This document shows positions 53,253-64,000 of a stretch of 64,000 nt of DNA, piece by piece. The notes beneath the pieces were generated by a model that was not told the DNA's origin, searched no databases, and saw only the letters and a list, made by a program, of their open reading frames with translations. The translations under genes and the position numbers were made by a program. Positions within the stretch are counted from its first letter, which is position 1. The number at the start of each line of letters is the position of its first letter. The DNA is from Phoronis australis (lineage: Eukaryota > Animalia > Phoronida): contig NMRA01000122.1 in assembly GCA_002633005.1 (NCBI GenBank), forward strand, positions 790,518 through 854,517, read 5' to 3'.

Positions 53253-53690
53253 TTTGAATTTCGCTAAAACTATGCTCACATTCTAATGTTTCAATATTCT
53301 AATTCAATGAAAGTATGTTTATAATGTTCATTGACAAACATTTATGAGTTTATATATATATTAATATTGAAATTAAATATAAATTTATAGTTTTTCCAAT
53401 AAGAAATTTATGACATTTATGAAAAGTGCGACGAACAGTGATTTGTAATTTGTCAGTAGCAACAAAACAGCAGGCGCGCGTTCCATAAGGGCGAGATTAT
53501 TGCAAATACTCAAGAATTCGTAAAACATCGCGAGATATTGCCTTGTATTTAAACTGACTCACGTGATCATATTAGCTTGAATTGCGAGATCTTCGAGTTC
53601 ACGAAACTCTACACTGGGTTCTTGAAGGTCAAGTTTGGAAGTCCGGTTCCGCGAACTGGAAAATCACGTTTCTGCCGACAAAATAGCAAC
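53253..53690. promoter_or_regulatory. Bidirectional promoter region between PEX13 and the CoA-transferase gene
   Basis: Divergent ATGs with 438 bp between them; CpG-containing motifs TCGCGAGA, TTGCGAGA, CACGTGA, GGCGCGCG. Confidence 0.6.
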
Positions 53691-55118
53691 ATGTACTGTC
53701 TTGCAAGGGCATTCTGCCAGGCTTCTAAACACCAGAGATTAGTTTCATCACCTGCTTTTACTTCCGTGCGAAATTTTTACTTGTATTCTCCTGAGCCCTT
53801 TCACCCTATAAAGGGAAAGGAACCCCAATGGATGACCTCTGACGAGGCCGTGGGTATGATTCGCAGTGGCGATAATGTCTACGTCCATGGCGGTGTGTGC
53901 ACGCCGTATGTTTTACTGGATGCATTGGGAAGGAGGGGGCTACAGAACCAGCTGCGGAACATTAAAATTTGGAGCATTCTCCTGGATACAGGCCTGAGCA
54001 ATAAAGAGTATGATGATGTATTCCGACTGCAGCATCTGTTCATCCATGGGGACCTTGCCAGGAATGCCATAGCTGATGGACGAGGCGACTACATACCGAT
54101 ATTTTTGAGTGAAATACCCCTGCTGTTCAGACGAAATCTGGTTAAGCTGGATGTTGCTCTCATTCAGGTTACTCCACCCGATCGTCATGGTTACTGCTCG
54201 TTGGGTGCCACTGTTGATGCGACACGGTGTGCGATTCAGAATGCAAAACACATCATCGCTCAAGTCAATCCGCAGATGCCACGAACATTTGGCGATGGAA
54301 ATATGCACATTTCTCATCTGGATGCACTGGTGGAAGGAGATAACATTTTGCCTGTATTTGGACCAAGTAACCCAAGGCCCGAGGAGGATGCTGTTGGTCG
54401 GCTTATTTCTTCCTGTTTGGTACAAGATGGTGCCACATTGCAGGTTGGAATCGGAAGTGTCCCACAGACTTCCCTGAAACACATGGATCAGCATCGCGAC
54501 ATTGGAATACACTCCGAGTTGTTTGATGATGCGGTGATTGATTTAGTCGAGCAAGGAGTTATTACCAATGCAAAAAAGAGCATCCACACTGGAAAGATTG
54601 TATCCAGCATCTCTGTTGGTACACCGCGTCTGTACGAGTTTATCGACAATAATCCGTTCATCGTGATGAATGATGTTTCTTTTACCAATAACATTTCAGT
54701 TATAATGCAGAATCCTAAAGTAACTGCCATCAACTCTTGCATTGAAATTGACATCACTGGTCAGGTTGTCTCCGATTCCATTGGAACATCTATCTATTCA
54801 GGAGTTGGTGGACAAATAGATTTCCTTCGAGCAGCTGCTCAGTGTACAGATGGTCTTGGTAAACCAATTCTGGGAATGCCTTCTACTACATCATCTGGTG
54901 AATCTAAGATTGTACCATTCATTAAAAAAGGGAGTGGTGTGGTCACAACGCGTGCTCATGTTCACTATATTGTCACGGAGTTTGGTATTGCCTATCTGTT
55001 TGGTAAGAATATGCGACAGCGTGCTTACGAGATGATACGATTGGCTCATCCGGATCACAGAGAATATTTAGAAAAATGTGCATTTGACCGTCTGGGTTGC
55101 ATGCCCTCTCCTGACTAA
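53691..55118 (+). CDS. Acetyl-CoA hydrolase/transferase family protein (4-hydroxybutyrate CoA-transferase / acetate:succinate CoA-transferase-like), intronless, 475 aa
   Basis: First ATG at 53691 in good context (AACATG); motifs YIPIFLSEIP, PPDRHGYCSLG, MPRTFGD, TLQVGIG, GIHSE, SGVGGQIDF, VTTRAHVHYIVTEFG, AHPDHR; basic N-terminus without acidic residues, resembling a mitochondrial presequence. Confidence 0.93.
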   Translation: MYCLARAFCQASKHQRLVSSPAFTSVRNFYLYSPEPFHPIKGKEPQWMTSDEAVGMIRSGDNVYVHGGVCTPYVLLDALGRRGLQNQLRNIKIWSILLDTGLSNKEYDDVFRLQHLFIHGDLARNAIADGRGDYIPIFLSEIPLLFRRNLVKLDVALIQVTPPDRHGYCSLGATVDATRCAIQNAKHIIAQVNPQMPRTFGDGNMHISHLDALVEGDNILPVFGPSNPRPEEDAVGRLISSCLVQDGATLQVGIGSVPQTSLKHMDQHRDIGIHSELFDDAVIDLVEQGVITNAKKSIHTGKIVSSISVGTPRLYEFIDNNPFIVMNDVSFTNNISVIMQNPKVTAINSCIEIDITGQVVSDSIGTSIYSGVGGQIDFLRAAAQCTDGLGKPILGMPSTTSSGESKIVPFIKKGSGVVTTRAHVHYIVTEFGIAYLFGKNMRQRAYEMIRLAHPDHREYLEKCAFDRLGCMPSPD

Positions 55119-55749
55119 TTACAGTCTTGGCTAAGTTGATGAACAGTAGGTCTTTGATATGTACCTATAATGTTCAATGAAAGGTCAGAGCGTGTGTTAC
55201 TCTGTTGTTTAGCCTTCTCTCAAAACCATTTAACACACTGTGTCTTGTAGCAGAAACGCCATCTAGTGCTTGGGCAGGCAATCACTTAATAGCCATGTTA
55301 GCTTTTGAAATACATACACATGGCAGTGGTAGCCTAAACATGGCGCAATTTTTGGTTCAATCCTAAACACTAACATGTTGTCTGTTCTTCTTTCTGAATC
55401 CCAGAATTCAATTCCAACCTTGTTAGGGAACAAGTTGAAACCAGTTCTAAAGCTGTGTTGGTAACTGGTTCTGAACAGAACTTATGTTGGTGCTGTTGAC
55501 GTAGGATGTTGCTGAATTTAGGTGATTTGTGGCTTGAAGTATTAAATATTTGGTGTTACATAGCTAAATTGTCATCTGATGACTATTGAATCTCAGTAGC
55601 CTGCTGCATTAGGTGAACTTGGTGAATATGTGAATGAACGTATGTTTTGAAATGACTCAATGCCTTCTTGTATTGGACATTGTTAGAAAAAAGCTGGGGA
55701 GAAATCTCTGTTGTAAGTGTCATAGTTTTTTTAGAGTGAGTACATCTTT

Positions 55750-55892
55750 TGTCCTAATTTTTATGGAGGCGTGAAGTATAATATATTCAGGATAAATGAT
55801 GATTAATTTCTAATTTAAAATGTCGTTTTTCTTGTGTCCTAATTTTTATACAGGCGTGAAGTGTGATATATTCAGGACAAATGATGATTATA
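55750..55892. repeat. Short direct duplication
   Basis: TGTCCTAATTTTTAT..AGGCGTGAAGT.T.ATATATTCAGGA.AAATGATGATTA occurs twice about 85 bp apart. Confidence 0.75.
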
Positions 55893-58800
55893 TCATTTTT
55901 AAAGTGGGTACACCTTCTGCAACAATAGCTTTAAGAACATAGATGGTATTAAAACCTGTCTGTAGGTTTATTTGGAAAAGGAAGCTTTTGTAGAGTTTTC
56001 AATTCCTGAAGTGAACCCTTATGTAGAGATTTTTATCACTTTTTGTGTGGAATTGGTCAGAAAAGGTTCCCTTTCCTTCAAAAAGCGGTTATAAGAAGTC
56101 ACCTTACTGAGTAGCACCTGCTACATACTTGTTATATGGAACACCCTCCACACCTGGGTCACGAGGAGGTATAGTGTATATTTTTCATGAATTTACATAT
56201 CTACCAAGTTAATGTAGTTTTGAATTTTAGTGTGAACATATATTAAGTCAGTGCTGACAAACTTGTGCAATGGGTAAATTTATAAACTTGTCACATACTT
56301 ATTCATAGAATATCTTGTTGTTTCATTTTTAAGTAAAAGATATACTTGATTATATCAAGTGCTGTGCAGCTTATTAGGTGTTAGTAATTTTCCAGTCTTA
56401 GTCATGATGATGTAAATTTGCTGTTTGTTGAAAACTGGTTATTTACTGTTAGGAGAGTGACCTGATGTACTGATTTTCAATTGAAGTCACTAACATACAT
56501 TTATAGTTGAAGGCTTGGTCCTATGTCTCTGCTTTTTTGAATCTATTCGTGTATTTCAATCCTAGAAAAAAATGTTTACGATTTTTTATCTTGTTTATGT
56601 GCCATAGTCTTTAGAGAGGTTTGATTTTTCGTTTATGAAAGCATAGTGTCATGTTTTTCTTGATGTAAAATGGCTTAAGATTTATTTTTAGGAAACTTGC
56701 AAAATTGAAGTCGCCAGATTTTGAGAAGAAAGCATTGCAATAATCTCATTTTTGTTGTATGTTAATATATTTGTGCCATCCTGAATTGAGGTGGCAAAAA
56801 GTCTTCCAGTCATCACGAGAGTGGTGTAGTTTCGTATCAGTCGAGGGTGGCTGTAAAAGATGAGAGCAGATTTTATAAGTGTATTGGTAAAGGTAGAAAC
56901 TTTTTGATTCTGTTCTTGGTAGACTTACTTTATCTATTATAGTTATTATAATAACTCGATTGACAGGATTACTAAGATACAAATAACAAGTCTTAGAGTG
57001 AGTCAGTCAAAAGATAAAATTGTCATCTCTATCTATAGACTTATAAAATTCCATTCCAACCTTTTACAGACACGGTCGAACTGACATGAAACTGTACCAC
57101 TCTCATGATAACTGGAAGATTTTTGGCCAGATTAACCCACAAACGTACAATTGTAGTGCTAAATAACCCTGTTCTGACGTTTTGCAGTCACCATTGTATT
57201 TCAGTTCAAAACGACGACGGCAGCAACAATTTCCGAAGTAAAGCGCCTGATGAAATGGACAAATCCGAATCATGACGACCTTAGAATGGAAGTAATTGTT
57301 AGGTTTACATGTCAGCCTTGTCCAATGGCAGCCACCAAATTTGTTATGGAAGTGGAAATGTATTAGCATTGTTTATTTTTTAATCTAGTTGGTGATGAAT
57401 TATAGTTGGCCTAAACGGGATCCATGTAAATTGGCTATGAGCCATGTCTGATTTACTCTTGTCTATATATTTTGTATTGGTTATTAAATAGCCATTTTTT
57501 TGATATCACCTTTTGCATCAGTCATCAGAAGTCGAGGATTAATTCGGAAGAGGAGACAAGAAAGCCTGAAGTCCCTGCAGAGAAAATGTCTGGTGCGTTA
57601 TGCGCAGTTTTTCGTCGTCGTAATACAAAAAGCTGTCGTGGTAGTCGTTGCTTGTTCAGTCTGTGTCTTACGTTGACATAGGCATAGTTCTAGTTATGGC
57701 AAGGCCAAATTACGCACAACTTATTCAGTCACTGGGTGGCGAGATCGGCTCGTCCGACTCACTGAGTCACCAGGTGACTGAGCCGGCTCACCAGGAACTG
57801 CCGAACAACAGTTTGTGGAAGCCTACATTTCGTAAATGGTCACACATAGTTCGGTAAAGAGACAGTTTACGAGTAACGGAAGGAGTAAAACAACAAATAC
57901 ATGAAAGCAGAAATAGACACTTGGTATTGGTTTACATTGCAAGATATCGCCATGTTATTCATTTGAAAATGCCCCTTGTTCAGTTTACATGTTAAAATAA
58001 AATGTTACCGTATACCATTCAGATAATACATGCTCGTGTTACTCTCCTTAATTAAAACGCTTACCTTCTTTTTATGACGAGTATATTGTTAATCTTGGAT
58101 AAATTCAATAGTATTCTTTTGGGACTCTGTTTTGATTGGTGCTTTGGTGATACAGCTGAAGGCTACAAAGCTGTAGCCTGCACTAGTGAATTCGTCATTT
58201 TCTCATAAACGTTTGTGAACGTTTTCAGAGCGAATTTCATCATGAAAGATTTACTTTTAGTTCTCCATGGTATTTGGTGTTTTTATGTAAATTGTAATTT
58301 GAACTAGTAGTAAATATATTTAGCAATAACTAACTATTACATATATTTTCTTTGCCTTTTTGAAGTCCGGGGTAGGGTCGGCTCCATCTTTTTGTTTTTA
58401 CCAGAGTTTTATTCGTTGCATTGGTCTGCGGGGCTCACTATGGTCACCTAAACTGGTTTCTAAGGAACAATTTTTCAGGAATTTTCCGGAATTATGCCTG
58501 TTCATCGCATGGACCTAACACAACTCGAATAAACGTTTTCCCAAAAAATATTGGGTAGAAAAACTCGTATGAATGCTCCGTACGTCTGTGAGTGGTGTAG
58601 GCATTGAATCAGGTTTTAATTTACCTAAAAAGCGGGGATATGGCTTGTTTATTAATAAAAATAAACCTAATCTTAATTTGAACTCAAGTAAAGAAAACTC
58701 AGCACAAATTCAGCAAATACAATGCCCGTCGTGAGATTCGAGCGGGACTCTTTAGCTTGCGAGGCGAGCTATCTGTCTCGACCAATGACGGAGACCTAAT

Positions 58801-60517
58801 CGTTGTATCCAGTTGACGAAAAAAGCTGCTGGTCGCGACGATTCGTCATAAAAAGTTTTATTTTGCGAGAGGGAAGTTTAAAAACGGATTGATAAAATGA
58901 GACCGGTACTATTAGTTCTTTTGTCTTTCTGGTCTATTCTTTTCCGTTGTTATATATTGAAAACTATTCCGAGACGCCATCCGTTTCTCCACACTGTTTT
59001 GTCAAAAAGTACTTTTACACTCTGGTCGCAATGCCGTTACTTTTATGATGATTTGAAAGCACTGAGAAATTGTGTAAAAAAACTTGCGACTTCTATCGAG
59101 AGATTTACTTATAGTTAAACAACTTACTTTGTGAACGAGAGCATGGGAATACAATTTGCACATAACACAGTGCTGTCCGTTTGTCTTATGGAGTAATAAA
59201 CCCGTGTCGCCTGTCAAAAAATTCACTTCGGTCAATTCCTCAGTCTTATCTTTTTTCTTTCTCTGGAGGGAAATGGTTGACAGGTGGCGTTATCAAGTAA
59301 CTTGTCACGGCGGGTTAGTTCCAGCCGCCAGGGCGGCGCTATCGGCGACAAGGGACTCTAAGCGATGTATTGTAATTAATTTCAATTAAAACAAAACGCT
59401 TTGGAAGCATAAAAAAGCTTAATGTGAACATTGGAACATAGTCATACCTGCAGGTTAGATTTAATTTTCCACGACTTCTGCCCCTATATTGTCATTTATC
59501 AGTGTTTATTTAAAAATCGATCACAGCGTTTATCCGAGCATGGTCCTCAGGGTCACCATATCAAGGGGGCTGATGATGTGTTTTCACTGACTTTTCCTGA
59601 AACCGAGCCTATTCACAGCTAACTGTAAACTTAGGATTCTCAAATGAGGCCGAGAGTGGAAGGTGTGAAGAGCTAATAAATTCATGGGTCAAATGGCGTG
59701 GGGGAGCGGAAGAATAACAGCCCGTACGGTGAAATTCGTGAAGGCGAAAGTGTAAGAGACCAAACGAGAATTGTCAGGGATGGAATGATAAACTTGTGCA
59801 AAACAGTTCACAAATCATGAATAAATGACCAGATGACGATATATACAAAGTACGACAGACATTTGGTCCGCGATCTAATCTTTGTACTCGAAATTATTTT
59901 TGACAATTTCGGTTCTCATTTTTGAAGTGCCTGTTAATGTGTTCGATTATAGCACGGTTTACGTCGACAAGTAACTAGACTAAGTTCGCATTTGACGCCT
60001 AAATTCAAGCCACAAACTAACGTAAAAGCTCTAGTAAAAACTCGACATTTTAAGTTCCGATTCGAACTTACAGTTTTAATGCTATAATGTCATCAAGTCC
60101 AAATTTGGATTAGACTGTTATTCACGTAAACCACTTCAATTCAGAATAGACAGTCCAAAGGAAGAATGGAAAATGACGGTCCAAAATAATTTCGAGACGT
60201 AAGTACAAAGATTAGACTCTGGGCCTAGAATGAATATCAAAAGGTGAGATAAGAAGTGAGAACAACTGTATTGCACACACTTTGTTTGATTGGATGTTGG
60301 ATGTAATTGTTTACAGCACTGTTTTCAGTTTTGTCATTTTCACTGTGACATCAACAGCAGATCGCATTGATATGTGCATGGGGAAAGTTAGCGACGTACA
60401 ATTCACACATAAAAAAACGCAACACGCAAGCAGGCGTTTTTTTTTGTTTTACATTCGTTTCTGTCTGGAATGCAGGTCGTCAACAGAGTGCCCCCCCTGG
60501 AAGCCCTGGACAACCTG

Positions 60518-62581
60518 CACTTTGCTTGCCATCAGGGGAAGTGCTCGTCACAAGCACGCACGTTTTGATATTAGTATTGAAGATACCTGTATAGGGGTAT
60601 ATATAAGAACGCGGCGTACGTTGTTCCCTGGCTATATCACATTGTTAGGCTGCTGCTGTAAATACTCTGGCTGTGATTTACATGAGCCATGTAAGTTTTG
60701 TGATTTTACTGTTTACTAGAAGACTAAAAGAACCCGGACGAATGAAAGGTTATAAAAATGTTAGAAATTCATGAAATTTGTATGAATACTCTTGAGAAAT
60801 TTGGTTTGTATTCTAGAAATTAAACTCCTTAGTAGGCTTTCCGTAATTAAGGTGCCCAGAAATCCCCTCTGATTTGAATAACGGAAAAGTCGAGGCCAGC
60901 TTTATATTCTGTTTCTGTTTCTGTGGTGACGTCAGAGGGTAGGCACCGGGATAGTCTCTGGCCTTCCTCCTTCCAGTATCGCACGCAATGTAAAATTGGA
61001 GATGCAACCAAGTTTGTGCTGGTTACATACTCTTCGATCTTTTCCCACGATACGAGTTTTTGCTACATCTCCGTATTGCCATCCTCGCTCTATGAGGCGC
61101 TTTGTTCCCCATCTCTCCTGCTGTTGTACAATCTCGGCATCTGTAAGCGATTCACGCACTCAGGAGATTACATCTTCTGGTGTGAGGAGCAGGTCGGCAA
61201 TCGGTTCTGCGATGCCTGCAAGCTCATCCGCCTTGACGTTGAATGAGATGGCACAGTGTCCTGGTATATAAACACTGGTGAAGAGACCATTAATAGAGCT
61301 GAACAGAGGGATCCAGGAATCTTTCACATGACCAGTTTTTAGCCTGCTAATGAGGCTGAGGGAGTCTGTAAGTAGAAATGATCTGTCTGCAGGTGTTGTG
61401 TTCTGTGAGAGCCAGACTAGGGCGTCTTCATATGCTTCGCATTCAGCTCTAAAAGACGAGGTTTTTCCAACCCGTGCTGTTGACCATTCGAAGAGGTGTT
61501 GACCCTCGCGAGCCCAAGCAACTGCTTCCCAAGCCGTAATGTCATCTCTTAGTGNCACTTTGCTTGCCATCATGGGAAGTGCTCGTCACAACCACGCACG
61601 TTTTGATATTAGTATTGAAGATACCTGTATAGGGGTATATATAAGAACGCGGCGTACGTTGTTCCCAGGCTATATCACATTGTTAGGCTGCTGCTGTAAA
61701 TACTCTGGCTGTGATTTTCATGAGCCATGTAAGTTTTGTGATTTTACTGTTTACTAGAAGACTAAAAGAACCCGGACGAATGAAAGGTTATAAAAATGTT
61801 AGAAATTCATGAAATTTGTATGAATATTCTCTGGAGAAATTTGGTTTGTATTCTAGAAATTAAACTCCTTAGTAGGCTTTTCGTAATTAAGGTGCCCAGA
61901 AATCCCCTCTGATTTGAATAACGGAAAAGTCGAGACCAGCTTTATATTCTGTTTCTGTTTCTGTGGTGACGTCAGAGGGTAGGCACCGGGATAGTCTCTG
62001 GCCTTCCTCCTTCCAGTATCGCACGCAATGTAAACCAAGTTTGTGCTGGTTACATACTCTTCGATCTTTTCCCACGATACGAGTTTTTGCTGCATCTCCG
62101 TATTGCCATCCTCGCTCTATGAGGCGCTTTGTTCCTCATCTCTCCTGCTGTTGTACTATCTCGGCATCTGTAAGCGATTCACGCACTCAGGAGATTACAT
62201 CTTCTGGTGTGAGGAGCAGGTCGGCAATCGGTTCTGCGATGCCTGCAAGCTCATCCGCCTTGACGTTGAATGAGATGCCACAGTGTCCTGGTATATAAAC
62301 ATTGGTGAAGAGACCATTAATAGAGCTGAACAGAGGGATCCAGGAATCTTTCACATGACCAGTTTTTAGCCTGCTAATGAGGCTGAGGGAGTCTGTAAGT
62401 AGAAATGATCTGTCTGCAGGTGTTGTGTTCTGTGAGAGCCAGACTAGGACGTCTTCATATGCTTCGCATTCAGCTCTAAAAGACGAGGATTTTCCAACCT
62501 GTGCTGTTGACCATTCGAAGAGGCGTTGACCCTCGCGAGTCCAAGGAACTGCTTCCCAAGCCGTAGTGTCATCTCTTAGTG
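60518..62581. repeat. About 1.03 kb near-identical tandem duplication joined at an N (probable uncollapsed haplotypes)
   Basis: 60518-61554 vs 61556-62581, scattered SNPs and one short indel, junction exactly at N 61555. Confidence 0.85.
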
Positions 62582-64000
62582 AGCCGTCCGTTGGAACAAT
62601 GATCGTGGGAGATTGTTCTTCAAGCCATTCCGATACAGTTGCTTGGTTGATACAGTCAGCTCTTTCCCGCCAATGACGGCCTCAAATCTACATGGTGTTG
62701 ATGACAAAGTTTGTGGCTTTGGACCACTCTATGCTGTTGATGTTCACCACTGGACATACCTCTTCGACAAGCTCCCTAGCTCCGATAACCCATGATTGAA
62801 CAGTTTTCAGCCTCTGTGCGGTGTGCTCATCACTATGAAGTCCAGGTACAGAGGATGAGAGTTGGTTGTAGCTGCCTTTACAAATGCTTGGGCTGCTATT
62901 GTCTTCTGTTTAGTACGAATGCCATTGATACCTAACCAGTATTGGAGACTGTTTACCGGAGTGGGTCTAGCTGCACTGGTTACTATCCTCATGGCCTGGT
63001 TTTGAATCTTCTGTAGTTTGGTCATTGACTGTTGGGAGGCACATAGGCACAGATAGAGCCCATACTCAGTTCTTGTGGCGACAGTTGCATTCATGAGCTG
63101 CACCAGGCTCTTTTGCTGGATCTGCTGAACTGCTGCATATCTCAACAGTGACAGGCTTTCGGCACCTTCCTCAGCTAGGAATTCGACTTGGGATTTCATC
63201 GTCATTCTTCGATCCATCTTAATTCTTATATAGGTAACTTCAGCGACTTGAGGTATCAAGGCTCCCATATATCTCAGAGTGAACATGTTTGGGTTGAAAT
63301 AATCTCGTGAGGCTAACATCCATTCCCCTTTATCTTGTTGGATGGACATCTTGTTGTCTTTGGTCCAATTGGCCACACCATCACTTGCTGATTGCAGGCC
63401 CTCCACGGCATGTCTTGGAGTGTTCGCCTCATTGGCGACTAGCAAGTCATCAACATAGCTGTATGGTGAAGCTCTACCTACACTTGCTGCTTATATGAGA
63501 TCTGCCGTGTAGACGTTAAAGAGCACCGAGCTGAGAGGGGACCCTTGCGGGAGGCCTGAGCTTGCTTCAAATATGCTTGACTTCCACTTGCCGAATTTGC
63601 GTTGACATGTGCAGGTATCCAGCAAGACTAATATCCAACGGATCATCATATCGGACACCTCCATTTGTCCGAGTTTGTTGGCAAGAATACCCACATCCAC
63701 TTTGTTGTAGGCGTCTTCCAGATCGAAGAGATCAATTGCAGTGTGTTGCGAAACCTGCATTCCCTGCTGAATTTCATGCAGTATCGCTTCAACGTTGGAG
63801 ACAGTGGATCTTCTTGGTCTAGCTCCTCCAACTCTCGGTGATAGACAGCCACGTCTCTCTAGGTCACATGCTAGTCGCTGTGCTACATTTTTTCCGGGTT
63901 GCCCAGGTGTTCGCCATGGTAATGATTCTGTATCCCTTCAGTTTGCTATGGTCTTTCATCGGCTTTGGAAGAACCACCATGCTTCAGTCTCTAAGGTCCT
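61947..64000 (-). mobile_element. Degenerate non-LTR retrotransposon with RT and RNase H (I-group-like); continues beyond the window
   Basis: RT motifs DLEDAYNKV, GLPQGSPLSSVLFNVY, SYVDDL; LQKIQNQAMRIVT; RNase H TDGS..RAECEA..TDSLS..PGHCGISFNVKADELA; 3' tail (AAACAG)n near 61947-61964; multiple stops and frameshifts. Its 3' part is duplicated at ~60907-61554. Confidence 0.9.

Noticed and set aside
53577-53690. N-terminal extension of the CoA-transferase ORF
   Set aside because: The track starts at a TTG inside the promoter region; the first ATG is 53691.
53691-55118. Recent bacterial horizontal transfer or contamination
   Set aside because: Metazoan-type termini, presequence-like N-terminus and tight linkage to PEX13; a phylogeny is still needed to close this.
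56401-56475. Box C/D snoRNA (ATGATGA ... CTGA)
   Set aside because: No convincing terminal stem or recognisable rRNA complementarity, and not in an evident intron.
58722-58800. tRNA gene on the minus strand
   Set aside because: Only a degenerate B-box-like GCTCGAATC and 3' stem; no intact cloverleaf, at most a SINE relic.
8663-64000. Three RNase H domains in one window as a linked system
   Set aside because: One host gene plus two unrelated retrotransposons; coincidence is sufficient.

Overview
AT-rich, intron-rich animal genomic DNA (repeat families suggest a marine invertebrate, probably lophotrochozoan; this is inference). It holds five host genes: the last three exons of an SLC17-family MFS transporter (+); a complete 8-exon RNase H1 (-) head-to-head with the ribosomal protein gene RPS7 (+); and a 4-exon PEX13 (-) head-to-head with an intronless acetyl-CoA hydrolase/CoA-transferase (+). 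RPS7 introns contain two related box H/ACA snoRNA candidates whose first pocket matches the conserved LSU rRNA segment GCGAA-U-G-AUUAG, plus further hand-folded structured segments. RNase H1 shows a uORF / weak Met1 / strong Met27 layout like the mammalian gene. Mobile DNA is abundant: a full-length, young but doubly nonsense-mutated Ty3/Gypsy element, an RNase-H-bearing LINE, TTAA-flanked Kolobok-like elements with THAP remnants, Helentron-like HINEs, MITEs, Academ- and Penelope-like fragments, and a ~110 bp satellite enclosed by terminal inverted repeats. I found no CRISPR array or prokaryote-type system, and nothing I can call a demonstrated new system; the best leads are the intronic RNAs, the RNase H1 translational layout and repeat-borne CTCF-like motif arrays. 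All exon models and folds were read by hand.
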